From: a virus
Taxonomy: Duplodnaviria > Heunggongvirae > Uroviricota > Caudoviricetes
Reading direction: 5' to 3' (one strand)
Length of the DNA stretch: 7,812 bases
IMG/VR virus record: IMGVR_UViG_2724679140_000010
Coordinates: 1-7,812 of that record
Part shown: positions 1-5,490 of the stretch, one piece after another
Position numbering within the stretch: the stretch's first letter is position 1
How the letters are laid out: the number at the start of each line of letters is the position of its first letter
The notes under the pieces: model-generated
The model's input: only the letters and a program-made list of their open reading frames with translations
What the model was told of the DNA's origin: nothing
The model's database searches: none
Made by a program: the position numbers and the translations under genes

Positions 1-154
1 AACTTAACTGATATCCCTTTTTACGGATAAAGGTATTCAAGCCTGACACATCATGCGCTGTATCGTCGTCGTATTCCCGTATTAACAGAGACCGTAGCCC
101 GACGGGGAACTCCTTCTGCGCGAGTGTGCGGTAATAATCAAAAACGATGCGCAC
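1..154 (-). CDS. Possible 5' part of a minus-strand ORF running off the window start (hypothetical protein); start codon uncertain
   Basis: Reverse-complement frame is open for 49+ codons from the window edge, bounded upstream by a stop (TTA on + strand at 161-163). N-terminal translation is (V)RIVFDYYRTLAQKEFPVGLRSLLIREYDDDTAHDVSGLNTFIRKKGYQLS. Only a GTG start (+152-154) is available and there is no Shine-Dalgarno. An open frame of this length has roughly a 10% chance of arising by chance. Confidence 0.2.
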   Translation of the reverse strand, partial: MRIVFDYYRTLAQKEFPVGLRSLLIREYDDDTAHDVSGLNTFIRKKGYQLS

Positions 155-189
155 CGGGTTTTAGTGTGCTGACGGACGCAGGTTTACCC

Positions 190-669
190 TCATAGTCGCT
201 TTTCCGGTGCGATGGTGGAAGAAACCGGAATAATGAATTGTGAATGCAAAATGTGGTTTCTTACTGAGTAATACTGGCAGTGTTTTCTGTTTACATCCAG
301 AACATATTTAAAGATGCCTGCACGGGAAAGAGTAAAGTGGCTCCGGAAGAAGGGTATGTTTCCGGATAAATGTTTTTTTATAACCAGTTTTGTCCAGATA
401 TTATTTGACCTGTGGTTTATATAAGCAGATCTTTTTTGGGGCTGTACCGTGATCATACTTTGATTATGTGTGGTAAACCTTATATTCCCTGTTGACAGAA
501 AGTAAAAACAATGCGAGATGCCATTTTTATTAAGGTAATCAGTAACGGAAATAATATCATTATCGTGTGATGAAATAAGCAACGATATAACAGAGGTTAG
601 CCGACTATTCTCTGTGGAAACACAATCTGGTGGTGATAAATCTGAATGAGTTATGTAAAAATTGAACAT
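190..669 (-). CDS. Hypothetical 159-aa ORF in the AT-rich right-end region; doubtful as a real gene
   Basis: A 480-nt open frame is statistically unusual in ~35% GC DNA. However, the translation is Ser/His/Asn/Ile/Thr-rich with almost no Glu or Ala, there is no Shine-Dalgarno before the ATG at 669, and I recognise no family. Confidence 0.2.
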   Translation of the reverse strand: MFNFYITHSDLSPPDCVSTENSRLTSVISLLISSHDNDIISVTDYLNKNGISHCFYFLSTGNIRFTTHNQSMITVQPQKRSAYINHRSNNIWTKLVIKKHLSGNIPFFRSHFTLSRAGIFKYVLDVNRKHCQYYSVRNHILHSQFIIPVSSTIAPEKRL

Positions 670-1077
670 GTAAAAAGATGGTGTTTAACTGAAGGTATAG
701 TACTGCTGGAAAATAATAAACTGAAAAGTGAATGTCTATTAGTTATTTCCGCATGGTAAATCAGAGGTATTGTTTTCTTGCTAATTTATTAAAGTGATAA
801 GTCTTATCTTGATTTTAGATATAAACTTTTATCAGGCCTTATCAACTTACATCTTCAGTATTGGAGGCAGTGCCAGTTACGTAAGGACGCAATGCCTGGT
901 ATTTAAGCGAAGTGATCGACTGGATAAATAATATTCCTCGCGCTTCTGAATGTTGCCGTGTTCCTGTGCCAAAAAAGCCAGATGTGCACTATGCCTCAAT
1001 ATTGAGCGTGTACGCCGTAATGCACGGGATGGCCGCTATAAGCTGATTGGTTGATGAATTTAGGCCCGCTCTGGCTG

Positions 1078-1092
1078 GCGGGTCCTTTCCGG
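1078..1092. other. cosQ-like element (packaging termination signal) about 30 bp upstream of cosN
   Basis: GGGTCCTTTCCGG lies about 20-30 bp upstream of cosN. As I recall, lambda has the same sequence at the same position in its right end (...ACGGGTCCTTTCCGGTGATCCGACAGGTTACG). Confidence 0.5.
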
Positions 1093-1109
1093 CGATCCGG
1101 CAGGTTACG

Positions 1110-1121
1110 GGGCGGCGACCT
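1110..1121. other. cosN: 12-nt cohesive-end sequence GGGCGGCGACCT, the terminase nicking site
   Basis: Exact match to the lambda 12-nt cohesive end, preceded by CAGGTTACG (lambda right-end terminus) and followed by CGCGGGTTTTCGCTATTTATGAAAATTTTCCGG (lambda left-end start). It sits about 185 bp upstream of the terminase small subunit gene, as in lambda. Confidence 0.85.
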
Positions 1122-1154
1122 CGCGGGTTTTCGCTATTTATGAAAATTTTCCGG

Positions 1155-1270
1155 GATCCATGTCCGGTTTCTCTTCAGGTTAACTATATGAAAAATATAG
1201 AAACAGGTTTTCTGTGAACCGGACGTGAACAAAAAATAAACATGTAAGCCGGACATGACCGGTTTTGTTG
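1155..1270. promoter_or_regulatory. cosB-like region: three candidate small-terminase binding repeats around an AT-rich, IHF-site-like segment
   Basis: The motif GTCCGGTTT and variants occur at 1162-1170 (forward), 1218-1225 (reverse, AACCGGAC), 1250-1256 (reverse, GCCGGAC) and 1258-1266 (forward, GACCGGTTT). They are spaced about 50, 110 and 150 bp downstream of cosN, mirroring the lambda R3/I1/R2/R1 layout. An AT-rich segment at 1176-1210 contains the inverted repeat CTATAT-gaaaa-ATATAG. Exact site boundaries are not determinable from sequence alone. Confidence 0.5.
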
Positions 1271-1304
1271 TGATTGTGAGGTGAGAGTTTTTGCGAGGTG
1301 AGGA

Positions 1305-1814
1305 GTGGCTACGCAGACTGAAGTTGCCAGGCATTTAAGTCTGACCGATCGCCAGCTTCGCAGATTGCAGAAATTGCCGGGTGCCCCGATATCGAATAAG
1401 CGAGGGCAACTGGATCTGGATGCCTGGCGCGATTTTTACATATCGTATCTGAGGAGAAGTAAAAACGATGTGCCTGGTGGCGATAGCGAAGACGACTATG
1501 AGGAGAAATTGCTTATTGCCAGATGGGAACTGACAGCAGAACAGGCTGTTACACAGCAGTTAAAAAATGAGGTGTCAAAAGGAAAACTTATTGACACCGG
1601 GTTCTGTATTTTTGCCCTCAGTAAGCTGGCAATGGCGTTATCCAGTACGCTTGATTCCATCCCTTTATCCATGCAGCGACAGTTTCCTGATTTAACACCG
1701 CGCCATCTTGACCATCTGAAAACCCTTATTGCGAAGGGGGCAAATCAGTGTGCGCGGGCGGGGGATAAATTACCGGATTTACTCGATGAATATATCAGAG
1801 CAACAACTGAATAA
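1305..1814 (+). CDS. nu1: Terminase small subunit (lambda Nu1-like), 169 aa, GTG start
   Basis: C-terminal half (…TGFCIFALSKLAMALSSTLDSIPLSMQRQFPDLTPRHLDHLK…LPDLLDEYI) resembles lambda gpNu1 as I recall it. The N-terminus has a helix-turn-helix-like segment (TQTEVARHLSLTDRQLRRL) but differs from lambda. GTG at 1305 has GAGG 6 nt upstream and an in-frame stop immediately upstream. It sits between cos and the large terminase gene. Confidence 0.88.
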   Translation: MATQTEVARHLSLTDRQLRRLQKLPGAPISNKRGQLDLDAWRDFYISYLRRSKNDVPGGDSEDDYEEKLLIARWELTAEQAVTQQLKNEVSKGKLIDTGFCIFALSKLAMALSSTLDSIPLSMQRQFPDLTPRHLDHLKTLIAKGANQCARAGDKLPDLLDEYIRATTE

Positions 1815-3714
1815 TATGATGAGCGCTGTCACAACAGCATTACAGCCCCTGATAAGGGCATTGCCGGTGACGCCAGTTGAATGGGCTGATCAAAATTATT
1901 ATCTGCCGAAAGAATCTTCATATGGTGAGGGAGAATGGAAAACGCTGCCATTCCAGATCGCCATCATGAACAGCATGGGGAATGATCAGATCCGCACTGT
2001 TAATCTGATTAAATCTGCCCGTGTTGGCTATACAAAGATGTTGCTGGGGGTGGTCGGATATTTTATTGAGCATAAATCCCGAAACAGTCTGCTTTTTCAG
2101 CCCACGGATTCTGCCGCTGAAGATTTTATGAAGTCTCACGTGGAGGCGACGATTCGGGACGTGCCATGCCTGAAAGACCTTTCCCCATGGCTGGGTCGTA
2201 AACATCGTGACAATACTCTCACGCTGAAACGCTTTTCATCGGGTGTGGGCTTCTGGTGCCTGGGCGGCGCTGCCGCCAAAAACTACCGTGAAAAATCCGT
2301 GGACGTGGTCTGCTATGACGAACTTTCCTCGTTCGAGCCGGATGTCGAAAAAGAGGGCTCGCCAACCCTGCTGGGGGATAAGCGTATTGAGGGCTCTGTA
2401 TGGCCAAAATCCATTCGCGGCTCGACGCCTAAAATCAAAGGCTCCTGCCAGATCGAAAAAGCCGCTAACGAGTCGGCACATTTCATGCGTTTTTATGTGC
2501 CCTGTCCGCACTGTGGGGAGGAGCAGTATCTGAAATTTGGCGATGATGCCTCGCTTTTCGGTCTTAAGTGGGAGAAGAATAAGCCAGAAAGTGTTTTCTA
2601 CCTTTGTGAGCATCATGGCTGTGTGATCCATCAGTCTGAGCTTGAACAGAATAACGGGCGGTGGATCTGTGAAAACACGGGCATGTGGACACGTGACGGC
2701 CTGACATTTTACAGCGCGGGTGATGAGGAGATGCCGCCACCGCGATCCATCACTTTCCACATCTGGACGGCCTATAGCCCGTTTACCACCTGGGTACAGA
2801 TAGTCTATGACTGGCTGGATGCGCTGAAAGATCCCAACGGCCTGAAAACCTTTGTGAACACCACGCTGGGCGAGACCTGGGAAGAGGCCGTGGGCGAAAA
2901 ACTCGATCACCAGGTTCTGATGGATAAGGTCGTGCATTACACGGCGGCGGTACCTGACCGGGTGGTTTATCTGACGGCGGGCATTGACTCGCAGCGAAAC
3001 CGTTTTGAGATGTATGTCTGGGGATGGGCACCGGGAGAGGAAGCTTTTCTGGTGGATAAAATCATCATTATGGGGCGTCCTGATGAGGAAGAGACGCTGT
3101 TACGTGTGGACGCGGTGATTAACAAAAAATACCGCCATGCGGATGGCACCGAAATGACTATTTCCCGTGTCTGCTGGGACACCGGGGGGATCGATGGCGA
3201 AATCGTTTACCAGAGGTCAAAAAAACACGGTGTTTTCCGTGTGCTACCGGTAAAAGGTGCGTCTGTCTATGGCAAGCCGGTGATCACCATGCCGAAAACC
3301 CGCAATCAGCGGGGCGTGTATCTGTGTGAAGTGGGGACGGACACCGCAAAAGAAATTCTCTATGCCCGTATGAAAGCCAGTCCCACACCTGCAGATGAAG
3401 CCACATCGTATGCCATCCGTTTTCCTGATAATCCGGAGATTTTTTCGCAGACAGAGGCGCAGCAACTGGTCGCGGAAGAGCTTGTGGAGAAGTGGGAAAA
3501 AGGAAAGATGCGCCTGCTGTGGGATAACAAAAAGCGGCGTAACGAAGCGCTGGACTGCCTGGTGTATGCCTACGCAGCATTACGTGTGTCCGTGCAACGC
3601 TGGCAGCTTGATCTGGCTGTACTGGCAAAATCCCGGGAAGAAGAGACGACCCGGCCAACCCTTGAAGAACTGGCAGCGAAGCTGTCCGGAGGAGTGAATG
3701 GTAACAGTCGCTGA
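1786..3714 (+). CDS. A: Terminase large subunit (lambda gpA-like), 642 aa
   Basis: Matches lambda gpA along its length as recalled: MNIS… start, conserved NYYLPKE segment, Walker-A-like KSARVGYT, CPHCGEEQYLKFGD, TAYSPFTTWVQIV, FVNTTLGETWE, LTAGIDSQ, KKRRNEALDC. Start placed at the ATG giving MNISEQQ (19 codons inside the longer ORF in the track). Overlaps the nu1 3' end by 29 nt. Confidence 0.95.
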   Translation: MNISEQQLNNMMSAVTTALQPLIRALPVTPVEWADQNYYLPKESSYGEGEWKTLPFQIAIMNSMGNDQIRTVNLIKSARVGYTKMLLGVVGYFIEHKSRNSLLFQPTDSAAEDFMKSHVEATIRDVPCLKDLSPWLGRKHRDNTLTLKRFSSGVGFWCLGGAAAKNYREKSVDVVCYDELSSFEPDVEKEGSPTLLGDKRIEGSVWPKSIRGSTPKIKGSCQIEKAANESAHFMRFYVPCPHCGEEQYLKFGDDASLFGLKWEKNKPESVFYLCEHHGCVIHQSELEQNNGRWICENTGMWTRDGLTFYSAGDEEMPPPRSITFHIWTAYSPFTTWVQIVYDWLDALKDPNGLKTFVNTTLGETWEEAVGEKLDHQVLMDKVVHYTAAVPDRVVYLTAGIDSQRNRFEMYVWGWAPGEEAFLVDKIIIMGRPDEEETLLRVDAVINKKYRHADGTEMTISRVCWDTGGIDGEIVYQRSKKHGVFRVLPVKGASVYGKPVITMPKTRNQRGVYLCEVGTDTAKEILYARMKASPTPADEATSYAIRFPDNPEIFSQTEAQQLVAEELVEKWEKGKMRLLWDNKKRRNEALDCLVYAYAALRVSVQRWQLDLAVLAKSREEETTRPTLEELAAKLSGGVNGNSR

Positions 3715-3901
3715 ACTGCAGGCGCTGCGTCAGGCGCGTCTTGATTTATTAACCGGTAAACGGGTGGTGTCGGTCCAGAAAGATGGTCGCAGAATTGAAT
3801 ATACGGCAGCCTCTCTGGATGAGCTTAATCGTGCTATCAATGATGCGGAGTCGGTACTGGGGACAACCCGCCGCCGTCGCCCGCTGGGAGTGAGGTTATG
3901 A
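3698..3901 (+). CDS. W: Head-tail joining / head completion protein (lambda gpW-like), 67 aa
   Basis: The sequence …LTGKRVVSVQKDGRRIEYTAASLDELNRAI…TRRRRP resembles lambda gpW (68 aa) as recalled. GGAGG lies upstream of the ATG. Stop overlaps the B start as ATGA. Confidence 0.88.
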   Translation: MVTVAELQALRQARLDLLTGKRVVSVQKDGRRIEYTAASLDELNRAINDAESVLGTTRRRRPLGVRL

Positions 3902-5490
3902 AACGAACGCCAGTCCTGATTGATGTGAACGGCGTTCCGCTTCGTGAGAGTCTCAGCTACAACGGGGGCGGCGCAGGATTTGGCGGGCAAATGGCCGAGT
4001 GGTTACCACCGGCGCAGGGTGTTGATGCTGCCCTGCTGCCTGCGTTGCGTCTGGGGAATGCCCGTGCAGATGATCTGGTACGCAATAACGGTATAGCGGC
4101 CAATGCGGTGGCCCTGCATAAGGATCACATTGTCGGGCACATGTTTCTTATTAGTTACCGTCCGAACTGGCGCTGGCTTGGGATGCGGGAGTCCGCGGCA
4201 AAAATCTTTGTCGATGAGGTGGAGGCGGCCTGGTCGGAATACGCGGAAGGAATGTTTGGCGAGATCGATGTGGAAGGGAAACGCACCTTTACGGAATTTA
4301 TCCGTGAAGGTGTGGGCGTTCATGCATTTAACGGTGAAATCTTTGTGCAGCCGGTCTGGGATACGGAAACCACACGGTTATTCCGCACGCGTTTTAAAGC
4401 CGTGAGCCCTAAACGGGTGGACACGCCGGGACACGGTATGGGTAACCGTTTCCTGCGGGCCGGGGTGGAAGTCGATCGGTATGGACGGGCCGTTGCGTAC
4501 CATATCTGTGAGGATGATTTTCCGTTCTCTGGTCGTGGACGATGGGAACGGATCCCGCGTGAACTTCCCACCGGGCGTCCGGCCATGCTGCATATTTTCG
4601 AGCCGGTTGAGGACGGGCAGACCCGTGGGGCTAATCAGTTTTACAGCGTCATGGAACGGCTGAAAATGCTCGATTCCCTGCAGACCACGCAGCTTCAGTC
4701 GGCCATAGTGAAGGCGATGTATGCAGCGACGATTGAAAGTGAACTCGATACCGAAAAGGCCTTTGAATATATCGCGGGTGCACCGCAGAGTCAGCAGGAT
4801 AATCCGCTCATTAATATTCTGGAGAAGTTCACCCGCTGGTATGACACGAATAACGTGACGCTGGGCGGTGTCAAAATTCCGCACCTTTTCCCCGGGGATG
4901 ATTTGAAACTGCAGACTGCGCAGGATTCAGATAATGGATTTTCTGCGCTTGAACAGGCGCTGCTGCGGTATATCGCCGCCGGTCTTGGTGTTTCCTACGA
5001 ACAGTTGTCCCGTGATTACTCGAAGGTCAGTTACTCAAGTGCCCGTGCCTCAGCCAATGAGTCGTGGCGTTATTTTATGGGGCGACGAAAATTTATTGCG
5101 TCCCGGCTGGCCACGCAGATGTTTTCCTGCTGGCTGGAAGAGGCGCTTCTTCGGGGGATTATTCGTCCGCCACGGGCGCGTTTTGATTTTTATCAGGCGC
5201 GTTCAGCCTGGTCACGGGCAGAGTGGATTGGCTCCGGAAGAATGGCCATTGATGGACTCAAGGAGGTTCAGGAGTCGGTGATGCGCATTGAGGCCGGACT
5301 GAGCACGTATGAGAAAGAGCTGGCGCTGATGGGTGAGGATTATCAGGACATTTTCCGCCAGCAGGTCAGGGAATCTGCAGAGCGGGAAAAAGCCGGGCTC
5401 TCACGCCCGGTGTGGATAGCGCAGGCGTATCAGCAGCAGATAGCGGAGAGTCGCAGGCCGGAAGAGGAGACAACACCACGTGAGACGTAA
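3898..5490 (+). CDS. B: Portal protein (lambda gpB-like), 530 aa
   Basis: Size (530 aa vs lambda 533) and position immediately after W, translationally coupled via ATGA overlap, fit a lambda-type portal. The long ORF has coherent codon usage. Confidence 0.9.
   Translation: MKRTPVLIDVNGVPLRESLSYNGGGAGFGGQMAEWLPPAQGVDAALLPALRLGNARADDLVRNNGIAANAVALHKDHIVGHMFLISYRPNWRWLGMRESAAKIFVDEVEAAWSEYAEGMFGEIDVEGKRTFTEFIREGVGVHAFNGEIFVQPVWDTETTRLFRTRFKAVSPKRVDTPGHGMGNRFLRAGVEVDRYGRAVAYHICEDDFPFSGRGRWERIPRELPTGRPAMLHIFEPVEDGQTRGANQFYSVMERLKMLDSLQTTQLQSAIVKAMYAATIESELDTEKAFEYIAGAPQSQQDNPLINILEKFTRWYDTNNVTLGGVKIPHLFPGDDLKLQTAQDSDNGFSALEQALLRYIAAGLGVSYEQLSRDYSKVSYSSARASANESWRYFMGRRKFIASRLATQMFSCWLEEALLRGIIRPPRARFDFYQARSAWSRAEWIGSGRMAIDGLKEVQESVMRIEAGLSTYEKELALMGEDYQDIFRQQVRESAEREKAGLSRPVWIAQAYQQQIAESRRPEEETTPRET

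Noticed and set aside
392-520. Promoter-like hexamers (TTGACC at 405, TTGACA at 492) in the AT-rich region
   Set aside because: No properly spaced -10 hexamer accompanies either. Such matches are expected by chance in AT-rich DNA.
1063-1092. Hairpin GGCCCGC-(8 nt)-GCGGGTC followed by CTTTCC, resembling a terminator
   Set aside because: It coincides with the cosQ-like sequence, so the packaging signal is the more economical explanation. The T-tract is weak.
1054-1143. 29-codon +strand ORF spanning cosN
   Set aside because: It crosses the cohesive-end cut site and would be disrupted in the linear virion genome. It is a chance ORF in GC-rich cos DNA.
1134-1334. 66-aa minus-strand ORF
   Set aside because: It lies across cosB and the nu1 start region, which are explained by packaging-site repeats. 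It has no ribosome-binding site or recognisable protein features, so it is most likely a chance ORF.
1729-1785. Upstream extension of the terminase large subunit ORF (MRRGQISVRGRGINYRIYS…)
   Set aside because: This is an in-frame read-through of the nu1 3' region. The conserved lambda-like N-terminus starts at MNIS (1786), so the extension is not part of A.
1918-3658. Multiple minus- and plus-strand ORFs inside A (1918-2205, 2219-2407, 2236-2937, 2243-2533, 2783-3031, 2967-3182, 3244-3465, 3284-3658, 3395-3697)
   Set aside because: All are embedded in the strongly supported A reading frame and their translations are Arg/Pro/Ser-rich and low-complexity, typical of off-frame artefacts in GC-moderate coding DNA.
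3730-5281. Alternative-frame ORFs inside W and B (3730-3990, 4003-4323, 4103-4405, 4320-4586, 4378-4884, 4481-4663, 4934-5281)
   Set aside because: They overlap the well-supported W and portal frames and have no independent start signals or recognisable domains.
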